64,000 nt of DNA from Octopus vulgaris (lineage: Eukaryota): contig OX597820.1 in NCBI GenBank assembly GCA_951406725.2, positions 107,074,001 through 107,138,000 of the forward strand. The letters are read 5' to 3'. The position numbers and the translations under genes were made by a program. Shown piece by piece: positions 41,220 through 54,914 of the stretch. The stretch's first letter is position 1, and every line of letters begins with the position of its first letter. Below the pieces are notes generated by a model. That model was not told where the DNA came from. It saw only the letters and a program-made list of their open reading frames with translations, and did no database searches.

Positions 41220-41490
41220 AAACTTTATCCAAGCAATTAATACATCCATATACTAAAACAATTATAAGGTTATTATTTAATAAGAAACCGGAGTTATTCA
41301 TTATTACATCTATGTACCCCTAAACATAATATGTAATTTAACAAATGTTATAAAATTTATATATTTTGTCGGTGTATACATGCTTATTTGTTATACACCG
41401 ACAAGAACCTTTATACATAGACTCATACATACGTACTTGTATACCTATATATCTACACATAAATATACATATAAGTAACAGATATACACT
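41220..41490 (+). repeat. Local duplicate of 39675-39704 + 40607-40850, lacking the Helitrons
   Basis: aactttatccaagcaatt.atacatccata|tactaaaaca..aaaccggagttattcattattacatctatgtacccc is shared by both copies. Confidence 0.85.
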
Positions 41491-41530
<40 letters not shown>

Positions 41531-41533
<3 letters not shown>

Positions 41534-42207
41534 TTAAATCCTTAAAAATGTTTTAGCCCGAAGGCTGCGGTCATGCTGGGGCACCACCGCTGAATGAGCT
41601 ACACTAATGTGAATCCACCTCTGATATGTGGCACTTGGTCAACAAGAGAGTTCGATGCTGCTGCCTGCATCTGCGTCTCCTGTCGTGAGGTAGGTTCATC
41701 TGGGACCCCAGACAAGAAGAGATCCAGTTTAGTTTTAAAGAAACCCACATCCACACCATGCAAGTCTCTCAGGCATTTAGGGAGGATGTTGAAGAGCTGT
41801 GGTCCTCTGAAACCCAAGCTGTTGCAGTATCTGGTCCTGTATTTGAAGGTGATGTTGAAATCTTTGGCACCATGCAGTGGTGCCCCGTTCTGTAGTTGGG
41901 GTAACTTTGAATGCCAAAGTTTGGGACAAGACCCTCCAGGACTTTCCAGATGTATATCACCGAATATCTCTCCAGCCTTCACTCTAGGGAGAAGTGTTTT
42001 AATACTTTCACTCTTTCCCAGTAGCTGATATGTTGCATTGAGACGATCTTCATAGTGTAGCTTCGTTGAATTGCTTCAAGTTCTGCTGTTAGCTTTGTAT
42101 TGTGTGGTGACCACAGTTGGGAGCAGTAGTCCAAGCGGCTGAGGACGAAAGTTTTCCAAAAGAGCATCAGTGTCTCCTTCTCTCTTGTTCTGAAAGTTCG
42201 GAGAAAA
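41531..42207 (-). mobile_element. 5'-truncated CR1-group LINE, (TTTAAGGA)n tail
   Basis: LRTFRTR..KTFVLSRLDYCSQLWSPH and GPQLFNILP..LR motifs; related to 51732-53068. Confidence 0.88.
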
Positions 42208-42210
42208 TAT

Positions 42211-42617
42211 ACTATTATTTTCCGGGAACGCTGCCGCTGTTCTCTTTTAGAGAGACTTAGTAATTTTAATATTTCTATTATTGAAAACAAGTGGATGTAT
42301 TCCACCGAAACTAGGTAAATAAAACCATCGAACAGAGATTGTCAGAAGCGACACCTACTGGCTGGCTACGCTGCATTGAAAAGGGGCAATACCCCGAAAC
42401 GCGTCTGTAGCTGCGGTCAAGTAGTGTGGAGCGACTGACCTCCCTTGTTCGAAGGTTATATGGATACAGTTTGTGTATCAAATAGCTAACTTAAGGCGAT
42501 GGCCTCATGGAGCTAATAAGCGGACAGCTTTATTCTTATTTTTATAAGAATGCCATATTTGTATGGCGATAACTATTATTTTCCGGGAATACTTAGTAAT
42601 TTTAATATTTCTATTAT
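42211..42617 (+). mobile_element. Direct-repeat-bounded Penelope-like/retrozyme-like unit
   Basis: actattattttccgggaa and acttagtaattttaatatttctattat occur at both ends; internal hammerhead; no ORF. Confidence 0.6.
42370..42411 (+). ncRNA. Minimal type I hammerhead ribozyme, U3-A8 core variant
   Basis: GCUGCA-UUGAAAA-GGGG(CAAUA)CCCC-GAAA-CGCG-UC/UGUAGC: 6-bp stem I, 4-bp stem II, palindromic ACGCGU stem III, GUC cleavage triplet. Confidence 0.8.
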
Positions 42618-42646
42618 ATATATATATATATATAATATATATTATA

Positions 42647-42784
<138 letters not shown>

Positions 42785-42852
42785 ATATATATATTATATA
42801 TAATATATATATTATATATAATATATATATTATATATATATATATATATATA

Positions 42853-45086
42853 TCATCATCATCATCATCGTCGTTTAACGTCCGTTCTCCATGCTAGCAT
42901 GGGTTGGACGGTTCGACCGGGGATCTGGGAAGCCAGAAGGCTGCACCAGGCTCCAGTCTTATCTGGCAGTGTTTCTACAGCTGGATGCCCTTCCTAACGC
43001 CAACCACTCCGTGAGTGTAGTGGGTGCTTTTTACGTGCCACCTGCACAGGTGCCAGGCGAGGCTGGCAACGGCCACGGTCGGATTGGTGTATTTTATGTG
43101 CCACCGGCACGGAAGCCAGACGAGGCGGTGCTGGCATCGGCCACGAGTCGGATGGTGCTTTTTACGTACCACCAGACCAGGGATCCTGGCTGGTTCAATT
43201 CGATTTCGATTTCGCTTGCCCCAACATGTCTTCGCAAGCAAGGGGGTTGGCATGGGTGCCTGTTGTACGGTCAGATTGGTGTATTTTACGTGCCACCGGC
43301 ACGGAAGCCAGTGGAGGCGGCACTGGCATCGGCCACGAGTCGGATAGTGCTTTTTACGTACCACCAGACCAGGGAACCTGGCTGGTTCGGTCGATTTCGC
43401 TTGCCCCAACATGTCTTCGCAAGCAAGGGGGTTGGCATGGGTGCCTGTCGTACGGTCAGATTGGTGTATTTTACGTGCCACCGGCACAGAAGCCAGTGGA
43501 GGCGGCGCTGGCATCGGCCACGAGTTGGATAGTGCTTTTTACGTACCACCAGACCAGGGATCCTGGCTGGTTCAATTCGATTTTGACTTCGATTTCGATT
43601 TCGCTTGCCCCAACATGTCTTCGCAAGCAAGGGGGTTGCATGGGTGCCTGTCGTCGGATGAGGTTCTATATCGACTTCGCTTGCCTCAACAGGTCTTTGT
43701 GTCCAAGGGAGGAAAGGCATTCATAAGTGGGCTGGGCTCACTTGTCCTGCCTGGTCTTCTCACGTACAGAATATTTCCAAAGGTCTCGGTCGCTGGTCAT
43801 TTCCTCAGTGAGGCCTAAAGTTCGAAGGTCGTGCTTCACCACCTCGTCCCAGGTTTTCCTGGGTCTACCTCTTCCACGGGTTCCCTCAACTGCTAAGGAT
43901 TGGCACTTTCTCACACACCTATCTTCATCCATTCTCGCCACATGACCATACCAGCGCAATCGTCTCTCTTGCACACCACAACTGATGCCTCTTAGGTACA
44001 ACATTTCTCTCAAGGTGCTAACGCTCTGTCGAGTATGTACACTGACATTACACATCCATCGGAGCATACTGGCTTCATTCCTCACGAGCTTACGCATATC
44101 CTCGGCAGTCACGGCCCATGTTTCACTGCCATGTAGCATGGCTGTTCGTACACACGCATCATACAGTCTGCCTTTTACTCTGAGCGAGAGGCCTTTAGTC
44201 ACCAGCAGAGGTAAGAGCTCCCTAAACTTTGCCCAGGCTATTCTTATTCTAGCAGTTACACTTCTCAGCGCACCCACCCCCACTACTGACTTGGTCACCT
44301 AGATTCAGCTATCAACTACTTCTAGTTTTTCCCCTTGGAAAGTGACAAGTTATTTTCTGCAGATTTTCGGAGGTTAATGCTCCTGAGCATCTGCCACATA
44401 CAAAAACTATCTTCCCAGTTAGCCTACCTTTGACATTGCTGCACCTCTTATGTGTCCATAGCTTACACTGGGTACATCTTATAGAGTTTCTACCTACACC
44501 TTTTCTACAGATCGAGCAGGGCCATCTTCCTGAAGACATTTGTGGATTGTCTACCTTCCTACTTATTAGTACTTTGGTTTTAGCTAGGTTGACTCTAAGG
44601 CCCCTCAATTCTAAACCCTCCTTCCACACCTGGAACTTCTCCTCCAGCTGTGATAGTGACTCAGCAATAAGAGCAAAGTCGTCAGCGTAGAGGAGCTCCC
44701 AGGGACAACCTGTCTTGAATTCCTCCGTAATTGCCTGTAGGACGATAATAAATAGGAGGGGGCTGAGTACTGAACCCTGGTGGACCCCAACCTCTACTTT
44801 GAATTCTTCTGTGAACATGTTGCTAACCTAACCTTACTTACGGCATCTCTGTACATGGCTTGCACAGTCCTCACCAGCCATTCATCTATCCCTAGTTTCC
44901 TCATTGATCACCAGATAAGGGATCGGGGGACCCTATCAAAAGCTTTCTCCATGTCAACAAAAGCCAGGTACAGGGGCTTATCTTTGGCTAGGTATTTCTC
45001 CTGCAGCTGCCTTACCAGGAATATAGCATCCGTGGTACTTTTCCCTTGCACGAACCCAAACTGCATCTCATCTAAACTAACTCTCT
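42853..45086 (-). mobile_element. Relatively young RTE LINE cut by an assembly gap
   Basis: GVHQGSVLSPLLF, LYADDF, PHD-like Cys/His cluster, LRWYGHVARM; a few frameshifts; long 3' UTR with three ~185-bp repeats; (GAT)n tail. Confidence 0.95.
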
Positions 45087-45186
45087 NNNNNNNNNNNNNN
45101 NNNNNNNNNNNNNNNNNNNNNNNNNNNNNNNNNNNNNNNNNNNNNNNNNNNNNNNNNNNNNNNNNNNNNNNNNNNNNNNNNNNNNN
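45087..45186. other. Assembly gap (100 N)
   Basis: Run of n. Confidence 1.
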
Positions 45187-45479
45187 AAAGACAAATCAAT
45201 CTCTTTTGTGTATATGATAATATATATATTTATATTCCATGTGTGTGACATTTATCAATCATAGGAAAATTTTGTAATCTCCTGTTTGTGTCACCTACAA
45301 TATAAATCAGTAAGCTTCTCATTTAATAGTGTGCTCATAGTATTTTTATTTGTGATTGTTTTTTTTGATTGTTGTGTATATTTGTTTCTGTTGTGTGTAT
45401 ATGTGTCTGTTTGTCTATAACTTCTTTGTGTATACAATACAATACTGTATATATGTCTATATGTATTTTACTATATGGT

Positions 45480-47894
<2,415 letters not shown>

Positions 47895-48210
47895 TATAAT
47901 AGAAACTGGTTCGACAGTCGAACCAATTCTTACTATATGGCTCAAGAAACCTGGACGCTATCAAAGAAGCTTGAGAGGCGGCTGGATGGAATCTACACTT
48001 GCATGAACGAACTCACTTCACGATATATGAACTTTTTTGATGTCTGACTCTATTGTATATTATAAATGAATTTTTTATATTTGATAGCATGAACTATCTT
48101 TTTTTATATATAACTTTTTTGATAAGGTTCTCAAGAACCGAAATATGTTATAATGTATATATAAAAATTAAAAATTTGTGTACTATAGCAGCATTTTCAG
48201 ACTTCATTTT

Positions 48211-48259
<49 letters not shown>

Positions 48260-48260
<1 letters not shown>

Positions 48261-49550
48261 GAGGGGCGTTCAATAAGTAATGCCCCTGACCCACTTCCCA
48301 TAGCAGTAGAGCGACGAAACTTGGCACAGTTATTAGTATTTTTCTACATAGGAACCACCAAGAGTTACGCATTTCTCCCATCGTTTGATGCAGCTCTGAA
48401 GACCGTTTTTGTAGAAGACCCCAGCTTGGTCCTCCAACCACGATGTGACTTCAGAAATCAAGGCTGCATCATCTGGGAAACACTTTCCTTTCAAAAACAA
48501 CTTCATGACTGGGAAGAGGTGAAAATCAGAGGGTGCAAGGTCAGGAGAGTAGGGAATGGGGGAGGAGTTCATAGCCGCATGCCTGTGCTTCTGATCTGGC
48601 GACACGTGAGTTGTGGACCGGAGGCGTTGTCCTGCAAGGAGGATGCCTTTGCTGATCTTGCCCCGCCTCTTGATTTTGATAGCTTCTCTTAATTTCCTCA
48701 AAAGTGAAGCATAATAGGCTCCTGTAATTGTGACACCCTTTGCCAGGAAATCTGTCATCACTACTCCGTCCTGGTCCCAGAAGACTGTGAGCATGACCTT
48801 GCCAGCAGCGAGGGCTGCACCCTTGCCTTCTTTGGAGGAGGTGAGTCAAGGTGCTGTCCACTGCATTGACTGGGCTTTGGTCTCTGGATCATAGTGATGG
48901 AACCAGGTTTCATCCTGTGTAATCAGTATTTTGAAAAATTTTGACTCATATTCTTGGCACATCTCCAAATTCATCCTCGAGCAATCGACGCGTTCTTGCT
49001 TCTGGAAAGTGTGAGCAGCCTGGGAATTCATCTGGCAGACACCTTTTGCATATGCAAATGGTCATGAATGATAGTTTCCACAGACCCAGTACTAATCTTG
49101 ACCTCATGGGCTATTTGGCGAATAGTTATGCGTCGATCTTCCAAAATGGCAGCCTCAACTTGACGGACAGATGCCTCATCAATGGCAGAAGGCGGCGACC
49201 AGATCTGGGAGCTGTTTCCACAGAGTTCCGACCATGTTTGAATTCACGATGCCAGCGTTTTACAAGGTCATATGATGGGGCATCATCACCATAAGTTACT
49301 TTCATTTCATCAAAAGTCTCCCGTGGTGTGCGTCCTTTCAAATACAAAAACCGGATCACTGCTCGATACTCAACAGGCTCCGTTTCACACTTGACTCAGT
49401 TCAAACACCTGTAAATCAGAAACCACAATTAGTTCAGAGCTGTGATTTGCCACTTAATCTATAGAGATATAAATAATTGTACATGCAAAATTTCAGCTAG
49501 ATCAAATAACTGCAAGTGGGTCAGGGGCATTACTTATTGAACGCCCCTCG
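48260..49550 (-). mobile_element. Full-length mariner transposon with frameshifted transposase
   Basis: Perfect TIRs cgaggggcgttcaataagtaatgcccctgacccactt, TA on both sides, 1291 bp; motifs RSGR, QDETW, VFWD, YSPDLAPSDFHLF; the expected start codon reads ACG. Confidence 0.95.
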
Positions 49551-49580
49551 TATGTATAACGTGTGCGTGTGTATGCATGC

Positions 49581-49796
49581 AAAAAATAAGCAATGTAAGA
49601 ATGGATCCGGTAATTTAGTACAATTGTTTCATACTATAACAATTTATTAAAGCTGCAAATATTATAGCAAATATAATATGTATAATCTTATGAATATTAC
49701 TTGACATATTATATTTGCATGTTTGCATTTTAATAAATTGTTATAGTATGAAATATGTACTAGAATTACGGATCCATTCTTATGGCTTATTTTTTA
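49581..49796. repeat. Imperfect ~215-bp palindrome
   Basis: taagaatggatccg..tttcatactataacaatttattaaa..gcaaatataatatgt mirrored by acatattatatttgc..tttaataaattgttatagtatgaaa..cggatccattctta. Confidence 0.8.
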
Positions 49797-49916
49797 AGTT
49801 ATAATCACTCCCACATAACTTTATGGGTAATACCATAAAAAAGTTCTGTGCATCTATATAAGTACCATATTCATTTGAATCTAAATTGTTTTGCTGAACT
49901 TATATATATGTATATA

Positions 49917-49965
<49 letters not shown>

Positions 49966-50027
49966 TTAGAGACAAAACCACTATTTTGCAAAACAAACAA
50001 GGAATTTTAATAAAAATAAAAAAACCG

Positions 50028-50072
50028 CCACTACAATTGTTTCATGTCCATAAAAAGACAATCTTCAGGTGG
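50028..50072 (-). ncRNA. Minimal type I hammerhead ribozyme (same family as 37163-37205) in a Penelope-like remnant (49962-50100)
   Basis: CCAC-CUGAAGA-UUGUC(UUUUUAUG)GACAU-GAAA-CAAUUG-UA/GUGG; core identical, loop II different, first stem II pair U-U. Confidence 0.7.
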
Positions 50073-51365
50073 ATTTCCGATCTAAAATATCAATATTTTA
50101 AAATATAAGTTTAAAAAATAATTTTAAAATAATAAAAGTATCAATGAAAAAATATAAATATATAATCCATATATACCTATATATAATCCATATATAATCA
50201 ATATATAATCTAAAATAAACCCTATCAACAATTAAATATAAAACAAAATAAAAATAAACTATATATACACACATACGCATACACATATAACTAAGTATAT
50301 ATAACCATATCTAAATACATACACTAACTCACACACCTATATATATATCCCTATACATACACATAAAAACGTCTAGGAACGATAAATAAATAACATAAAA
50401 TAGCCAAATACTTCAACACATTACTTATTCATACTCCCACACACACACATACAACCCACATTCATAAACAATATACACATACCCGCTCACACATACATAT
50501 ACATACATACAGAACCTCGATATATACACCAATATATTCACACCCACATCTATACAGATAAATAAATTACGCAAACAATCACACACACACACACACACAC
50601 ATTCACACATACATAAACACTCAAAAGAAAAATAAACAATTCTTGGCACGTGGTGACTTCCAAACGTTTTCTTTAAAAATTATGAATGGAATAATATATA
50701 ATCAACGTAAATATACAGAATTTACTCCAAATCATTAATAAACCATCATGATAAATGAAACCCATATATACATATAATTATATATGTATATAATTATATA
50801 CAAACATACACACATGCACACTCAAATGAACCCACACATACATCCTATACACACTCATGCATACACGATTACAATTATACATACATGTATACACACACAC
50901 GCACACAGAGTAAAGTACAGTTACTCCACACACACACGAACACACATATACACACACACACTGCAAACAAATATACACACACACACTGCAAACAAATACA
51001 CACACACACACTGCAAACAAAACATACACTACATATACGCACACACACATACTTCAAACTACCAGTACCTTCTACTGACCATTATCCTATGCACATGTGT
51101 AGGTAGACACACAACAGGCAGCCACTCCTACCAAAATTCTTCCTATGACCTTAAACGATACTAAATACAATCACACACATAGATAAACAGCCACAACCAC
51201 ACACACATACACACGTGCTATCATTATACACACACACAGAGACCTGTGCGCATGCACATACCTTCTTCTCTTGCACTCTCCTGTCTTTGAAAGAACTTTT
51301 TCTTCACCCATTCCCTTCTGGTCTTTCTGCGTGTTCCTTTCTTGGACTTTTCCTCTTTTCTGTAT

Positions 51366-51392
51366 CTGACGAAGAGCTTCGCTTGAAATGCT
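51366..51392 (+). ncRNA. Degenerate hammerhead core
   Basis: CUGACGA-A-GAGC(UUC)GCUU-GAAA; stems I and III not intact. Confidence 0.4.
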
Positions 51393-51509
51393 GAAATCCT
51401 CCTTCTTTCTTTCCTTCCTGACGTCCAATAACACTATACTTGCTCCACGTCCTCGTGTTGTGTTTTCTCTTTGTTCATGTTTGGATTAACTATACATATG
51501 TGTATATTA

Positions 51510-51555
<46 letters not shown>

Positions 51556-51731
51556 AACATAGCTGACACTACTTTGAGAAGTTATAATTTATATATCAGA
51601 ATGATGAACAAATGGGATATAAAAATACATATATAATTATGCATTTATAAAAGAACGTATTTATGTATAATGTATATATGTTTAATGTATGTATATAAGG
51701 TATGTATCATGTATTTACATATAATGTATAT

Positions 51732-53068
51732 AGCTGCCTTACGCAGCTGTTACAACACTACGACTGGGTACTGAAACAACTACTGGATCGCTCACAGGTG
51801 GATGTGGTATATCTCGACTTTGCGAAGGCCTTTGACAAAGTCGACCACGGAGTGATATGTCACAAATTACTCAGACTCGGCATAACAGGAAAAGTAGGTG
51901 AGTGGATACATGACTTCCTGAAGGACAGAAGCCAGATGGTTGCAGCCAATGGAGCCCTCTCGGGAAAGACACCAATAGCAAGCGGGGTGCCACAGGGCAC
52001 AGTCTTGGGACCCTTGCTGTTTTTGGTGGCGCTCTCTGACATGCCCTTGGTAGCACAAACAACATCCCTCACTAGCTATGCTGATGACACAAAGGTAGCA
52101 CAGGCAATCAAAAACCCAGCTGATGCTGACCTTTTACAAGATCTGGATGCCATATACAAATGGGCTGAAGACAACAACATGCAATTTAATGCTGGTAAAT
52201 TTCAAGCCTTACAATATCAAGCTGTAAACACATATACATTACAACACAACTATACTGGTCCAGGAGGGATCGAAATCCCAGTATCGAAATCAATACGGGA
52301 CCTGGGGATAGACATGAGTGATGATGCATCTTTTTCTTCACACATCGCGAAGGTGGCGACAATGTGCAGACGACTCACTGGCTGGATCCTGAGGACATTC
52401 CGGACAAGAGACTGCGAGACCATGTTGACACTATGGAGGACATTTGTCCTAAGCCGCCTGGACTACTGCTCCCAACTGTGGTCACCGCATAGTGTCAAAC
52501 TAACCACAGAGTTTGAGACAATCCAAAGACATTTCACCAAGAGGATTTCCACCATGAAAGAAAAGAACTATTGGGAGAGGCTTAGGGAACTCAATTTGTA
52601 CTCCTTGGAACGAAGACGAGAGAGATATGCAGTGATATACATATGGAAAATCCTGGAGGGACTAGCACCAAATTTTGGAATTGAGAGCTGTTCCAATCCC
52701 CGTACAGTACGTCACTGTGTGGTGCCAAAGGTCCCGTCTTCCACATCCAGGGTAAGGAGCAGATACTGTAATAGCCTGGGGTTCAGGGGCCCTCAGCTGT
52801 TCAACAAACTGCCAAGAAAACTAAGAGATCTACATGATGCGGATGTGGACATTTTCAAAAAACATCTAGACAAGCTGCTTTCCGGGATCCCAGATGAACC
52901 CACTGCAAGGTACGAAGGTAACCTAAGGGCAGCAGCTACAAACTCTCTCTTAGATCAGTGGCCAGCCACGGCAAACTGGACTTAGAGAGGGTAGCAACAA
53001 GGGCGGTGCCCCAGCATGGCCTCAGCCGGATGGCTGAAACAAGTAAAAGAGTAAAAGAGTAAAAGAGT
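51732..53068 (+). mobile_element. 5'-truncated CR1-group LINE with uninterrupted RT/C-terminal ORF (to 52985) and (GTAAAAGA)n tail
   Basis: YLDFAKAFDKVDH, SGVPQGTVLGPLLF, YADDTK, RDLG, LDYCSQLWSPH; open frame of over 400 codons. Confidence 0.95.
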
Positions 53069-54141
53069 ATATATATGTATATACATACATATACACAGGG
53101 TAGCAAAATAGCACCTATATATATTTATATAAGTAAATATCCCATTTTATATTTGTATGTATACAAAACAAGTACATATATATACAGCCTATGTGTACAT
53201 ATATTACATAAACCAAACATCATCTACACAAACATATATATATATATATACATGAAGCTTTAAATATGTATATATATAAGCTTATCATTTCAGTAACAAA
53301 ATACATTCACGGCATTTCTACTTCAGTTTCTAGTTATAACTAAAACAGTTATTAACAACTAATAGAAGAAAACCACTGTATTCGTGCTGCAACATATACT
53401 AAAGGTCAACAAGGTGTGTCAAGAGGGTGCTTGAGGTTTTAGGAAAAAAATTAGTGTCTCTGATTTCACTGATGGTGTCTTACTAATTCAGTCAGAACTT
53501 ATACAAATATATTGGGAAAAAGTTGTTTTTTTAAGTGACAAGGTCAATGAGGTTTTGTCAGGGACCATTAAAAAACTCAGCAGTTTAGAGAAGAGAAATC
53601 AAACAAATAGAGAAGGCATATATACGGTAGCAGTTTATACACCAGAGGAAGTTGTTGTTTAGCTTCAGGACAGCACTGATCAAGCAGACCTATAATCAAA
53701 AACATTACTAGCTATGACCATCCCAACATTTAGTTAGAGAAAGAATTAATTGTCCAATGTGTCCTTCCTTTTTTGTAAGATTGTAAGTGTAATTTTGGAG
53801 AGATTTAATTGTTATTTCAATGAAATTGAACTACCATAGAGGCACTCTCATTAGCTCAAATGATTTATTAGATTTATGTTGAATTAGACTTCTCTTACAT
53901 AAATGAAAAATACAAATATGCACATCATCATCATCTACATTGCATTTCACATGTTTTATTTTTTTTTACATATTGGCATAGGCACAGGTGTGGGTGTGTA
54001 GTTAAGAAGTGTGTAGTTAAATGCTGGCACCTTGTACAACTATCTTCTACTATAGCCTGGGACTGACCAGGGTTTTGTAAATGAATTTGGTAGTCAGAAA
54101 CTGAAACAAGCTTGTTGCATGTGGTGTATATGTATCTATGT

Positions 54142-54911
54142 ATATGTGGTCTGATCAATAAGTATCTGGACTGTTGCTGTAGTAACAAAACTAAAGCACG
54201 CAGAATGAAGCTGCCTGACATAAATTGACCTTGAACTCTGCTGCGTATGCACACTAAGTTTTAATGTTCTAGCTCACTTCTGCTGCTTACAGCAGTGTTT
54301 GGAAGGAAAATGTGTAGGGTGTGGTCGTTGCATTGACTATGACAGAGAAAGTTGAACAGAGAGTCTGAATCAAATTTTACCAAACGTTTGGTGATATCAC
54401 CTCAGCAAAGTTTTCAAAAAGTTTTCATCATTCTCGACACAATCAAGGAGATCTTATGCAACAGGAACCCCAAGTGTCTTTTTGGTCGACTGGAAACAAA
54501 CTTAGCAGACCCGCATCTCAAACCCAAATTTTCAGTGATAAAGGGCTGAACTGAACTGTAACTAATCTGCACATCATCCTCTGATAACTCAAAGATGGTG
54601 ATTCGACGATCTTATCTCACAGCTGCATGCAAATCTGCGATGTTTTTCTTGGTTCTGCAGGTTGCAGGTCTTTCAGAATATTCGTCAATATCGACATATT
54701 TTGGCCATTTTGTAAACATCTGAACCATTCGTATTTTTGTATGCAGCTCACACACTCCTCTCTATACATTTTCTGCAACTTAGTGTAAGCCTCTGAGCAG
54801 GTATCACCATGACAACTTTCTCTGTCATGGTCAGTGTGATGATCACACACTGCATACCCTCCTTCTAAGCACTACCTTTAACAGTAGAAGTGAGCTAGAA
54901 TGTTAAAACTT
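54142..54911. mobile_element. Decayed mariner-derived element with two inverted 5' ends
   Basis: TIR-like gtggtctgatcaataagtatc; 54253-54355 is an inverted homologue of 54810-54911; both lead into atgacagagaaagttg (MTEKV). Confidence 0.6.
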
Positions 54912-54914
54912 GAT

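Noticed and set aside
47904-47932. Perfect hairpin tggttcgac-a-gtcgaacca preceded by gaaac
   Set aside because: No CUGANGA-type box or cleavage triplet in either orientation; could not be assigned a function.
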